A stretch of DNA of 64,000 nucleotides from the NCBI GenBank assembly GCA_963736855.1, contig CAVTQK010000021.1, positions 416,001 to 480,000 on the forward strand. The letters are read 5' to 3'. This stretch comes from an uncultured delta proteobacterium. GTDB lineage: Bacteria; Desulfobacterota; Desulfobacteria; Desulfobacterales; UBA2156. Shown here one piece after another: positions 9,853-19,732 of this stretch. A program made the translations under genes and the position numbers. The notes beneath the pieces are model-generated. The model saw only the letters and a list, made by a program, of their open reading frames with translations. It searched no databases and was not told where the DNA came from. How positions within the stretch are numbered: the first letter of the stretch is position 1; the number at the start of each line of letters is the position of its first letter.

Positions 9853-12800
9853 CTATGACTTCCTCTTTTCCAAATGGGCGAACAGGGGGGCAAACACGGT
9901 TTCTGCATATTGCTCAAACAGGGTCCCTATAGGATCAACTCCTCTAAAGCATCGCTCGATGTAAGGGTCCAAGGCGTCTCCCGCTGCGAATTCGTTTCCG
10001 GTCCATTTTGTCTTTGCCCCTTGAAGGGCTTCCTCCCTGGATCGACCCTTGTAAAACCGTTGCCGGGCATATTCGAAGGATGATTGAGGGAAAAGGAGAA
10101 CGGGCTGCAAAAGGCCTTCTCGATAGAGATTGAGAAGCGATTCAAGTAAAAATGAGGCTTCACGGACCGGGTGAAACCGAAATAGGGCCTCTTTGCAAAA
10201 ATACAATGTTTCTCCGGACTTTTTCGTCGAGACGGCCGCCAGAAACAGGTGACGGATCCAGGAATCCAGCAGGTCTTTTCCCTGGGTGTTGACATACCGG
10301 TATCGGATCAATCGACCCTGGCATACCGAACCGACCTTGCCGGAAAGGGTCAGATTGTCAAAATGTATTTCACCCGAGAACTCTTCGGGCTTTTCATGGC
10401 CACAAAGCTCTTTGACCTTTCGGCTGAATTTAGCAACATCCTGATTCAAACGATGAAATAGGGCCAAACCCACATTTCCATGGGGAAGGCGACCCTCAAG
10501 ATGCCATATCCGATGGACATTTTCAGGGAGCAATCCTTTGAGATGGGCCTCGACGAGGTCCTGGGCCATCCGATAGGTTTCCAGACCATCCAAGCCAAAC
10601 GGTTCGCGCTCCAGAAGCGGCTGCTCTCCTTCTGAAAGATACACACCGAGTCGATTTTTCAGGAAAAAGGCGGAGGTGTTGGAAAAGAAACGGCACAAAA
10701 CCTCCAGATCCGGATGTGCGAACGCCTCATCCGGTGCATCCAGAGGGAATTCAATGAACGGAGACTGGGCAGCTGAAAGGCGTTGCCCTTCTTTTGCGGC
10801 GAGAAAATCGTCTTCGGAATAACTGAACAGAACCGGATGGTTTTGAAAATAGGCGGGTGAAAATGGGTGAAGCCGGTGATGGACTACCAGATCAGTTTCC
10901 GGGATTCCGTACCCATCCCGAATGTAATCCAAAAGCTGTGTCACAAGCACTGACGGAGGTATGACGGTGTTATCCTGGATATTCAACCCCACGTAACTGA
11001 TGAACAGTCTTCGCCTCGCCGAAAGGAGAGCTTCCAGAAAGAGGTATTTGTCGTCCCGCCGCCGGGAGCGATCTCCGGCCCGGGGTTTCATGGCCATCTT
11101 ATCGAACGTCAGAGGATGGTCTTGCCCAGGATAGGCTCCATCGTTCATTCCCACCATACAGATCACCTGGGCCGGAATGCTCCGCATGGGAAGCAAGGTG
11201 CAGAAGGTCATGCCTTCCGAAGCAAACCGATGACCCTCTGTTTTCCGTTTCAAACGCTCCTCGAGATAGGACCGGACCACCGGAAAATCCACTTTTTCTT
11301 CGAATCCGGACTGGGTTCCCACCCATCCTAGGTGATGGATCGCATCTTCAATGGCGAAAATCCCCTGGCTTGCCGATGTTTCCATCTCCATAAAATCGTG
11401 AAGTAATTGATTAATTAATGCTATCCAACTGTCTATATTATTTATAGAATAATAGTTATTATAATAAATAACGGTGGTATCAAAAAATGTGAAAAATTTT
11501 TCCAGGGTTTTAACGAATTCGCCGGATACGGCGCCGTATGGTAAAACACCGGCTACATCTTTTTCTCCTTCTTCGATCATGGCGTAACCCAGGAGCAGCC
11601 GATCGAGTCCGGCTTCCCACGTATTTTCCATAAAACCGGGAATGCCCCACCGGTTCCTATCTTCGGAGTTTACCCCCCATCGAATACGGGTTTCCCGGAT
11701 CCATCTTTCGATGGTCCTGACTTCCGCCTCGGATAGATTAAAGCGATGACGGATTGGAGCATACTCAAGAATCCCCAGGAGTTGGGAGGCACCGAGGCGG
11801 GTGTTATAAAGAGACAAAATGGATAAAAACGCTTCCACCGCCTCATCCTCCATGCCGATCCCCCGGTCTGCGATGCGAAACGGAATTCGGGGGTTTCCTT
11901 CCGACTGAGTACCGAAGACGGCCTGGATGAAAGGGGCATAGGTTTCGATCTCCGGTGTCATCACAAGGATGTCCTGGGGGGTTATCTCCGGTTCAGATTC
12001 GAAAAGATCGAGGATTAAATCCCGGAGCACCTCCATCTCCCGCATGGGGCTGTGGCATGCATGAATCCAAATGGAGCGATCCGATTTGACGGGTCCTGGA
12101 ACCGCTCTCCCGACTCCGGCAGCCGTCTCAGGATCCGTTAGTGTTAAGATGTCCCTTTGGATCCGCGAAAGGAGGGTATTGCCGTCAGGCTCCTGGAAAA
12201 GCTCTTCCACACTCGCTTCAAGGGTATTGACGGTGGAAAAGAATTGTCTCCCCTGGACACCCCAGGCCGATAGCAACCGGTTTCCCCTTTCCATATGGAA
12301 GTCGCGGCCTGAACCGATGGGCTCCGGATAAGCGGAACGGATACGCTGCGCTTCGTAATCCGAGACGATTTCGGACCAATACTCCCGGCAGGGATTCATT
12401 AAAAAAAGATACACGGGAACCTGTCGGGAAATTTCGGCCATAATCTGGAGGTAAACCGGCGGGAGATAAGAGATGCCGAAGACGCAAACCCGATGAAAAT
12501 GGATATCCAGTCGAATACGTCCCTCCCGAATCTTCTCCACGAGTTGCCTCATCCAGAACGCCGGATGACGATTTGGGCTTTCCAACATCAAGTCACGCCA
12601 CAGCACCGCCTGCCAATCGCTTTCCTGACCGGATTCCCATGAAAAAACCATATCGGGCCGGAAGATCGGATATTGATCGAAAAGATGGGAGATCTTTCTG
12701 GATATTCCGTAGCGCTTCAGCCGGTCACCCCCCTCTCCCAGATACGTCGAAAGGGGTTCAAAGACCGGCTCCCCGATCCGATCCTTGAGGTGCTTCATGA

Positions 12801-13086
12801 TGCGAAACGTCATGACTTCCGGATCGAAAGCATACGGAGGAATAAATTCCGGAAAGCATTTTTTGAAGATATCTTCCAGAAAAGCCCTGGGAAAAGGAAA
12901 AACCATGTTAGCGCAAATCCCGTTGATCCGGGCCAGGGCCATGCGGATCCAGCTCTCCATTCCCTTGCTTTGAACCACGACAAGATCTGGAGCAAGGGGT
13001 TCTTCAAGCGGTTGTGCCGCGATGTCCGCCAACCGCTCGGCAAGCACTTCCAGTCGATTACCGGTGATAACGGTCAGGTGCGCCAT
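9853..13086 (-). CDS. recC: Exodeoxyribonuclease V gamma subunit RecC
   Basis: NRLEVL, VVQSKGM, NPCREYW, CHSPMRE, TLLPMRSIP, FLEALLSAR and HRLHPF motifs; 1077 aa. Confidence 0.96.
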   Translation of the reverse strand: MAHLTVITGNRLEVLAERLADIAAQPLEEPLAPDLVVVQSKGMESWIRMALARINGICANMVFPFPRAFLEDIFKKCFPEFIPPYAFDPEVMTFRIMKHLKDRIGEPVFEPLSTYLGEGGDRLKRYGISRKISHLFDQYPIFRPDMVFSWESGQESDWQAVLWRDLMLESPNRHPAFWMRQLVEKIREGRIRLDIHFHRVCVFGISYLPPVYLQIMAEISRQVPVYLFLMNPCREYWSEIVSDYEAQRIRSAYPEPIGSGRDFHMERGNRLLSAWGVQGRQFFSTVNTLEASVEELFQEPDGNTLLSRIQRDILTLTDPETAAGVGRAVPGPVKSDRSIWIHACHSPMREMEVLRDLILDLFESEPEITPQDILVMTPEIETYAPFIQAVFGTQSEGNPRIPFRIADRGIGMEDEAVEAFLSILSLYNTRLGASQLLGILEYAPIRHRFNLSEAEVRTIERWIRETRIRWGVNSEDRNRWGIPGFMENTWEAGLDRLLLGYAMIEEGEKDVAGVLPYGAVSGEFVKTLEKFFTFFDTTVIYYNNYYSINNIDSWIALINQLLHDFMEMETSASQGIFAIEDAIHHLGWVGTQSGFEEKVDFPVVRSYLEERLKRKTEGHRFASEGMTFCTLLPMRSIPAQVICMVGMNDGAYPGQDHPLTFDKMAMKPRAGDRSRRRDDKYLFLEALLSARRRLFISYVGLNIQDNTVIPPSVLVTQLLDYIRDGYGIPETDLVVHHRLHPFSPAYFQNHPVLFSYSEDDFLAAKEGQRLSAAQSPFIEFPLDAPDEAFAHPDLEVLCRFFSNTSAFFLKNRLGVYLSEGEQPLLEREPFGLDGLETYRMAQDLVEAHLKGLLPENVHRIWHLEGRLPHGNVGLALFHRLNQDVAKFSRKVKELCGHEKPEEFSGEIHFDNLTLSGKVGSVCQGRLIRYRYVNTQGKDLLDSWIRHLFLAAVSTKKSGETLYFCKEALFRFHPVREASFLLESLLNLYREGLLQPVLLFPQSSFEYARQRFYKGRSREEALQGAKTKWTGNEFAAGDALDPYIERCFRGVDPIGTLFEQYAETVFAPLFAHLEKRKS

Positions 13087-13170
13087 GCGAAGGCCGGTAC
13101 AAATGGGTTCGACGGATTCCTGAAAAAGAAATTTCGAAGCTTAAAAAAAGAGGCGAAAATAACGGATCAT

Positions 13171-13836
13171 TCATGAAATCATGGCCACCACCTGGTTCAC
13201 AAGCTTTTCGATTCCTTCGGCAACTTCCTTGATTCCGGGTCCCAGCATGTATGCAGGAGTGGACACGATGCGGTTAGCCTTGTCAATGTGGATCTGATCC
13301 ACCATGCAGATCCGATGCACCCCGCCCATGGTTTCGATGGCGGCAGCAGTCCCAGGATCGTCTCCGATGGTGACTTCGGGTCTTCGTTCCGCCAGGGCTT
13401 TGGTTACGGTGGCGGGGGCAATACAGATAGCGCCTATGGGCTTTTTGGCTTTGGCCATCTCGGTTAAAAGCCTTTTGACTTCCGGATGAACCTTTGCATC
13501 CGGACCTTTCACGGCAAAATTACTTAAATTTTTAGCCGCACCGTATCCCCCCGGAATGATGAGGGCATCAAGATCGGAGGCTCTGACTTCCTTGATGTTT
13601 CGGATGTCCCCCCGGGCGATCCGGGCCGATTCAACCAGTACGTTTCGTCGTTCTTTTTCCTCTTCGCGGTTCAGATGATTGACGACATGGAACTGATCCA
13701 CATCCGGGGCTATGCAGACGCTCTTTGCGCCGGCGCGATCCAGCGTCAGCAGCGTAATGACTGCCTCGTGGATCTCCGTTCCATCAAAAACGCCGCACCC
13801 CGACAATAAGACGCCCACCCGTTTCTCCATAGCCAT
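13171..13836 (-). CDS. elbB: ElbB/ES1 family glyoxalase (DJ-1/PfpI superfamily)
   Basis: LSGCGVFDGTEIHE, ESARIARG, PGGYGAAKNL, ICIAP and STPAYM motifs. Confidence 0.92.
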   Translation of the reverse strand: MAMEKRVGVLLSGCGVFDGTEIHEAVITLLTLDRAGAKSVCIAPDVDQFHVVNHLNREEEKERRNVLVESARIARGDIRNIKEVRASDLDALIIPGGYGAAKNLSNFAVKGPDAKVHPEVKRLLTEMAKAKKPIGAICIAPATVTKALAERRPEVTIGDDPGTAAAIETMGGVHRICMVDQIHIDKANRIVSTPAYMLGPGIKEVAEGIEKLVNQVVAMIS

Positions 13837-13914
13837 GCTCCTTTTCTTTTCTTTCGGCCATCCCCAAAGCGAATGTGGTCGCCTAATGGAAAACTCCGAT
13901 TTGCTGGAAAAACA

Positions 13915-15399
13915 TTAGAACTGAAATCGTTTTTGAATAAAAACTTTTCTGCATGCTTCAACGACGCCGGGATCATACAAACACCCGCTATTTTTTGTGA
14001 TCTCTTCCAAAGCGGCATCAACACCCAGGGCCGGTCGATAAGGACGATGCGTAGCCATGGCTTCCACGGTGTCGGCCACCGCCATGATGCGGGCTTCCAG
14101 AAGTGTCTGGTCGCCGGTGAGGTTCCTGGGGTATCCGGACCCGTTCATCCTTTCGTGATGCTGGAAGATGATCTCGGCGATGGGCCAGGGAAACGCAATC
14201 CCGCTCATGATATCATAGCCGGATTGCGAGTGTATTTTAATAAGCTGAAATTCCACGTCGGATAATCGTCCCGGTTTGCTTAAGATTTCGGCGGGTACAG
14301 CGATCTTTCCGATGTCGTGTATCAGAGCGGCCATGAAGATCCCCTCCACCCGATTTTCGAGAAGGTTCATTTCCTGGGCGATGGCCCGGCTGAGCTTGGC
14401 CACTCTTTGCTGATGACCGGCGGTGTACGGGTCCCGACGTTCTACAATACCGGCCATGGCTTGAATGGTCCCCACCATGGCGTTTTGGAGCTTGTCGTAG
14501 CTTTGAGTGATGGCCTGCTCCATGCGTTTGCGTTCACTAATATCCCGAATGGAAGCCAGAAATGCCTTTTCTCCTTCCCATTCGGTTTCAACCACTTGCA
14601 TTTCGGCAATTACAGAAGACCGGTCTCCATTTTGGATTTCGATTTCTGTGGTCTGTCCCACCCGAATCGGATAAATAAAGGGATGATCGACCAAGTCCGC
14701 CTCGCGGCTGGCAAACAGATTTTGAGCTGCCGGATTGAAGAATTGTGCGATATTTTTTTGGTCCAGGATGACAATCCCATCCGAATTGTTGGTGATCATC
14801 TGTCGAAAGTTTTTCTCACTCGCCCTCAGGGCGATTTCCGCACGGGTACGGGCCTGAACCTCATCCGAAAGCTTCTTATTAGCTTCCAGAAGAGATAAGG
14901 TACGGGCCTTCACTCTCTCCTCCAGTTCTTGAAGGACGGATTGGTATTCCCGCTCCACCCGCCACTTTTCGCTCAGCGCAGAGGCAAACTGGAGGATTTC
15001 CTGGGGGTAAAATGGTTTCTGAAGATAGAGAAGCTTGTCCACGGGTAAAATGGAACGGGCAGTCCCCAGGATGTCCACCCGGGCTTGACCCGTCACCAGA
15101 ACGATGCCGACGTCCGGATCGATTTTTCGGATCTCCCGGGCGGTCCATATTCCGTCGGGTCCCGGAGGCATGTTGATATCGAGAAAGACCGCGGAAAAGG
15201 GACGGCCGGTTTGTTGGCTTTCTTGCACCAACGTTATGGCATGATCCCCTTGCCGGCTTTGGGCGACGTCGAAGTGCGGCATTTCCTGGGTATCGCCAAT
15301 TAGGTACTGGCTGGAAGAAAGGATCTGGTGATATAAATCGAGGATCGTCTCTTCATCGTCCACGGTGAGGATTCGAAAGGGCGGTTCCTTCTGAGGCAT
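13915..15399 (-). CDS. Response regulator with PAS and HD-GYP domains (putative c-di-GMP phosphodiesterase)
   Basis: N-terminal REC (VDDE, FLDINMPPG), PAS, then YTAGHQ, HDIGK, HHERMNGSGYP and RPYR. Confidence 0.9.
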   Translation of the reverse strand: MPQKEPPFRILTVDDEETILDLYHQILSSSQYLIGDTQEMPHFDVAQSRQGDHAITLVQESQQTGRPFSAVFLDINMPPGPDGIWTAREIRKIDPDVGIVLVTGQARVDILGTARSILPVDKLLYLQKPFYPQEILQFASALSEKWRVEREYQSVLQELEERVKARTLSLLEANKKLSDEVQARTRAEIALRASEKNFRQMITNNSDGIVILDQKNIAQFFNPAAQNLFASREADLVDHPFIYPIRVGQTTEIEIQNGDRSSVIAEMQVVETEWEGEKAFLASIRDISERKRMEQAITQSYDKLQNAMVGTIQAMAGIVERRDPYTAGHQQRVAKLSRAIAQEMNLLENRVEGIFMAALIHDIGKIAVPAEILSKPGRLSDVEFQLIKIHSQSGYDIMSGIAFPWPIAEIIFQHHERMNGSGYPRNLTGDQTLLEARIMAVADTVEAMATHRPYRPALGVDAALEEITKNSGCLYDPGVVEACRKVFIQKRFQF

Positions 15400-15586
15400 G
15401 GCGGCACTCCTGTTCGGCTGATCTCAGATCCAATGTATTAAAATCCTTAACACATCCGGCCGGTATTTTCAAGGAGGTTTTAATAGATTGACCCCGCATG
15501 GTTGTCCCGGTTCTAATGAAAAGGAGAAGGTCCTTTTAAAAATCAAACCGAAACGAGGGGGGATGCCTGAAAAGAGAATATCGATT

Positions 15587-16244
15587 TTAGACCAACGCCT
15601 TGATTTTCTTAATGTCTTTAGACTTCCCCAGCATGATCAGTATGTCGCTGTCTTTTATGATAAAACTTGCCGGGGGTACCAGAATAAAATTTTCCGGTAC
15701 AAGCTCCTTGATGGCGATGATATGCACATTGTATTTGGCCCGCAGATTCAGCTCTTGTAAGACTTTTTCCGATGAACTCGCGCGGGGGGTCGACCTGAAC
15801 CAGATCGAATTCGTCCGCAAGCGGAATAAAATCCAGGATGTTGGGCCGGGAAAGACCCTTTGACACGCGCAGGGCCATGTCGCGTTCCGGATGGATGATT
15901 TCGGTAGCCCCGACGCGTCTTAAAATTTTACCGTGATCTTCGTCGAGTGCCTTGACGAGAATCTTTTTTACACCGATTTCCTGAAGATACAGACAGATCA
16001 GGATGCTGATGCTGATTTTCGTGCCGGTGGAAACAATCACCCCGTCCATATCCTCCAGTCCCATCGCTTTTAAAGCATCCTTGTCCGTGGCATTCATGAC
16101 AATGGCTTCGGTCGAGTAAGGATCGATGGCCTGAATTTTCCCTTTATCGATGTCAATGGCCACCACCTCATTCCCATCCTCAAACAACGCCTTGGCCGTA
16201 TGAAAACCAAAATTTCCGAGCCCTATGACTGCAAATCGTTTCAT
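15587..16244 (-). CDS. KtrA/TrkA-family RCK potassium-uptake regulatory subunit, apparent +1 frameshift near 15758
   Basis: MKRFAVIGLGNFG Rossmann motif, then IIHPERDMA. The RCK_C tail (ELNLRAKYNVHIIAIK...DILIMLG) continues in ORF 15587-15820. Confidence 0.88.
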
Positions 16245-16257
16245 TTCCGTTTTTCCT

Positions 16258-17628
16258 TCATCCGATCATGATATTCTCTTCCGAATACTCAATACCACTG
16301 GTCGCACTTGTTCCGACAATGATATACGAAAAGGTGAGAACCCCTACCCTGCCTAAAATCATCATCAGGATGATCCAGCACTTACCCCAAAGAGTTAATG
16401 CCGGGGTTATACCGATGGACAAACCTACGGTTCCAAAAGCCGATACGGTTTCAAAGAGATAAGCCAGGAAGGCGCCTTGTCGACGCGGGAACAGGTGATC
16501 ACCTCCTGTATCTCCGATCAAAAGCATGAACAATACGATGCTGATAATCCCAATGGAAAGGAGAAGGAGCGACATGCTTCGGGTCATCGTTTCCGCGGGG
16601 ATGCTTTTCTTAAACATGTTGACACGTCGCTTTCTTTTCACCCGACTCAAGATGAATGCCGTCAAAAGCGCCAAGGTTGTGGTCTTGACTCCGCCGCCGC
16701 AGGAACCCGGCGAGGCGCCGAAGAACATGAGAAAGATCATCATGGCCAAGGTGGCGTCCTTAAGCGAACCGATGTCCACCGTGTTGAATCCTGCGGTGCG
16801 ACACGTGATGGATTGAAACACCGGGACTAAGATTCGATGCGAAAGCGTTTGCGCATCCCCAAGGGCCTGCCGCTCCAAGAATGCAAATATCAAGGCTCCG
16901 GATACGATGAGGATTAAGGTCGTCAACAGCACGGTCTTGGTTTGAATCGAGAGCCTGCAGCGTTTGCGGTTCCGCAATCCGATCCAGCATTGCAGATCAT
17001 AGAGCACTGGGAACCCAACGCCGCCGACAACAATCAAGCTGCAAACGGTTGTGTTCAGGAGAAAATTGCCGCTGTAGTTCATCATACTGTCGGAAAACAG
17101 CGCAAAGCCGGCATTACAGAACGCGGAAACCGAGTGAAAGACCGCTGTATAGAGGGCAGGAAAAAAGGAGAATTCCTGACTCCAATGGAGGGTCAGGAAA
17201 ACAGCCCCGATGACCTCCGAACCGAGTGTAAAGAGGACAGTGCTCTTTACAAGACCGTAGATATCCTCGCGCGGGGTATGGGCGAACAGGTCCTGCATGG
17301 CCATGCGCTGACGGAAGGAAATATTTCGGCCGATCCATCTGAACAGGGCTACGGAAATGGTCATGACGCCGAGACCGCCGATTTGGATCATCGCGAGTAT
17401 CACACACTGTCCGAACACGGTGAAATAACTCCCTGTATCCACCACCGCCAGGCCTGTGACACATACGGCAGACGTGATCGTGAACAGGGCATCCACCCAA
17501 GGGATGTGACCGGTTATGCTGGAAGCCGGGAGTTTGAGCAGGATCGTCCCGACGGTAATGGCCAAGAGAAAACTGGCCAGGACGAGAGTTGCCGGGTGCA
17601 CCTTGAGTATACGAGTCCGAAGCGTCAT
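16258..17628 (-). CDS. KtrB/TrkH-family potassium transporter membrane subunit
   Basis: Four pore motifs: SAVCVTGL, SAFCNAGF, CRTAGF, SAFGTVGLS; also GASPGSCGGG. Confidence 0.92.
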   Translation of the reverse strand: MTLRTRILKVHPATLVLASFLLAITVGTILLKLPASSITGHIPWVDALFTITSAVCVTGLAVVDTGSYFTVFGQCVILAMIQIGGLGVMTISVALFRWIGRNISFRQRMAMQDLFAHTPREDIYGLVKSTVLFTLGSEVIGAVFLTLHWSQEFSFFPALYTAVFHSVSAFCNAGFALFSDSMMNYSGNFLLNTTVCSLIVVGGVGFPVLYDLQCWIGLRNRKRCRLSIQTKTVLLTTLILIVSGALIFAFLERQALGDAQTLSHRILVPVFQSITCRTAGFNTVDIGSLKDATLAMMIFLMFFGASPGSCGGGVKTTTLALLTAFILSRVKRKRRVNMFKKSIPAETMTRSMSLLLLSIGIISIVLFMLLIGDTGGDHLFPRRQGAFLAYLFETVSAFGTVGLSIGITPALTLWGKCWIILMMILGRVGVLTFSYIIVGTSATSGIEYSEENIMIG

Positions 17629-18227
17629 GATTTACGCCTCGGGTTCAGGTAGTATTCACAGTGAAGATGGCTCTCTGTTTCACACAGTTCATGCAGTCTA
17701 TGACCGCCAAGGGCCATCCGATCCAGGTACGCCCCGCATACCGTCATTTCGTTTTGTGAATCGATCTTGCTGTAATTCAAGAAAGGGCATACCATATCAA
17801 GATGCTGTTCCAGTCGATCCCCCGGTCCCAAGCCTTCGATGATCTCCCGCACCAGGATTGAACCTAATTTGGCATCACCGATGTACCGGATGTAATCGAC
17901 TTGCGCTCGCCCCAGATCTTCAATCAGTTTGCGGTGCTTTGAATGGACAAGAGCCAGTACGGGACACTGTTTGGTATGGCTGTTTCGCTTCAGGGAGGCA
18001 CTCAGTTCCACGAGGGCTTCACGTTCTCTGATCGGCATCTGACCAAAAGAAACCACAATGATCCCGGGCTTCACATCGACAGCCTTTTCCAGACATTGGA
18101 TCGGACTGGAAACCCATTTTTCATCGGGTGATGACAGATTAGCGATGTTGCCTGTTGTGTCGCATAACAAGAATCGAAGGTTTCGCCCAGTATCCTCATC
18201 AATCGGTATAATCTTTTCTTTCATCAC
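17625..18227 (-). CDS. Hypothetical protein: degenerate receiver-like domain plus C-terminal Cys4 motif
   Basis: 200-aa ORF filling the gap between two channel genes, with ATGA overlap with the ktrB-like gene. PGIIVVS and LKRNSHTKQCPVLAL resemble REC segments; C-x16-C-x17-C-x7-C tail. Confidence 0.7.
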   Translation of the reverse strand: MMKEKIIPIDEDTGRNLRFLLCDTTGNIANLSSPDEKWVSSPIQCLEKAVDVKPGIIVVSFGQMPIREREALVELSASLKRNSHTKQCPVLALVHSKHRKLIEDLGRAQVDYIRYIGDAKLGSILVREIIEGLGPGDRLEQHLDMVCPFLNYSKIDSQNEMTVCGAYLDRMALGGHRLHELCETESHLHCEYYLNPRRKS

Positions 18228-18239
18228 ATCAATTTCTCT

Positions 18240-19721
18240 TTAGTGTGTCCGCGCCAACATCAGTCGGCTGTCCCTGCCGAGCTTGAGCAGACTGACGATC
18301 ACCACGATGAACTCCAGCCGGCCTAGGAACATGGCGAGAGTTAATGCCCACATCGCGGGGCAGGGCATCCGCTGCGAGACAACCCCCACCGACAAACCGG
18401 AATTGGAGATGGCGGAGGCGAATTCGAAAAGAGAGTCCTTCAGGCTATAGCCGTAAACGCACATGACCATGACTCCCAGCAGATAGACCGCCGAATACAG
18501 AAAAACAAAGACGCCCACCTGGCGCACCCGGACATCATCGACAAAGACTCGCCCGCCGCTCTCCCAGATGGGATGTTCCATGATCACGGTCCGGGGCAGC
18601 AATGCGCGCGCGATCTCCCAGACGAACATCTTCCACAGCAGATAGACCCGGAACTGCTTGATCCCGCCGGCCGTGGAACAGGTTCCGCCGCCGATCAGCA
18701 TCAGCAGAATCAAGATGAAAATGCCGAGGTCGTTCCAGTTGTTGTAGCCCACCGTTACAAAACCCGTTGTGGTCAGGGCTGATATCGTCTCGAATACCGC
18801 AACACGGGTCCCTTTTGCAAGTGCGGGATAAATCGACTGACAGGTGAAGATGAACACAGCCATCGCGGACAGGGGGATGAGCACGGCCATGACGCGGACT
18901 TCGCCGTTGCGGGCGACAAACCTGAAGCGGCCGCGCAACAGCGACCATACGGTCACGAAGCTCATGTTGCCGATCAGCATCAGCGGAATCGACACCCCCT
19001 CGATGGCCGGGGAATCCCAATAGCCGATACTTTCCGCATGGGTTGAGAATCCTCCTGTGGATATGGCGGCAAAGGTATGGTTGACGGCATCGAAAAAGGA
19101 CATTCCAACCGCCCAATAGGCCAAGGTCCCGACGAGGGCGTACCCGGTGTAAATGATCAGCACCAGTCGAGCCGATTGACGCACCTGGGGAACCAGTTGA
19201 TCGCCTCTGCCCTCTGCGATCGATATGCCCGCTCCCGTTGGTCCGACGATGGCCGACATCATGATAACGGCAAGCCCTGCCCCTCCCGCCAGTTCGGTAA
19301 TGCTGCGCCAGAGCAGGATCATCGGGCCTGCCTTGGTCACATCCACCACCGAAAGCCCGGTGGTGGTCCATCCACTCACCGACTCAAAAACGCCCTGAGA
19401 AAACGTATGCCCCACGACAAACATGAAGGGCAGTGCCGAAAAAACGACGGCAACAATCCAACTGATGAGCACGATCACTCCGCCTTCCTGGATCGAGATG
19501 GGGTTATGGTAAGCGGGGCGAAACAGCTTCCACAACAAAAACCCCGTCAGGCCGAGACCTCCTGCGGGAAGGCCAAAAGCCCAGGCATGGACCGCCTCCT
19601 CTGGGTAAGCGAGGAGGATCAGGAGCGGCGTGAGCATCACGAGGCCGGAAAGAAGGAAGATCATGCCGACGGATGAGAGAATCGCGGCATAGCGCTGCCT
19701 GAGATATTCCTTTTCCCGCAA
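18240..19721 (-). CDS. trkH: TrkH-family potassium uptake membrane protein
   Basis: FESVSGWTTTG, AISTGGFS, SALTTTGF, GGGTCSTAGGIK, SAISNSGLS and MFLGRLEF motifs. Confidence 0.9.
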   Translation of the reverse strand: MREKEYLRQRYAAILSSVGMIFLLSGLVMLTPLLILLAYPEEAVHAWAFGLPAGGLGLTGFLLWKLFRPAYHNPISIQEGGVIVLISWIVAVVFSALPFMFVVGHTFSQGVFESVSGWTTTGLSVVDVTKAGPMILLWRSITELAGGAGLAVIMMSAIVGPTGAGISIAEGRGDQLVPQVRQSARLVLIIYTGYALVGTLAYWAVGMSFFDAVNHTFAAISTGGFSTHAESIGYWDSPAIEGVSIPLMLIGNMSFVTVWSLLRGRFRFVARNGEVRVMAVLIPLSAMAVFIFTCQSIYPALAKGTRVAVFETISALTTTGFVTVGYNNWNDLGIFILILLMLIGGGTCSTAGGIKQFRVYLLWKMFVWEIARALLPRTVIMEHPIWESGGRVFVDDVRVRQVGVFVFLYSAVYLLGVMVMCVYGYSLKDSLFEFASAISNSGLSVGVVSQRMPCPAMWALTLAMFLGRLEFIVVIVSLLKLGRDSRLMLARTH

Positions 19722-19732
19722 GGCCGGCCCTC

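Noticed and set aside
11425..11475. dif site or Fur box in the recC AT-rich patch
   Set aside because: No convincing XerD arm (TTATGTTAAAT-like); the Fur-like similarity is no more than AT-richness predicts, so it is left unassigned.
15395..15410. ATGGCGG as a possible attachment-site copy of the tRNA-Sec 3' end
   Set aside because: Only 7 bp match and it overlaps the HD-GYP start region; expected by chance.
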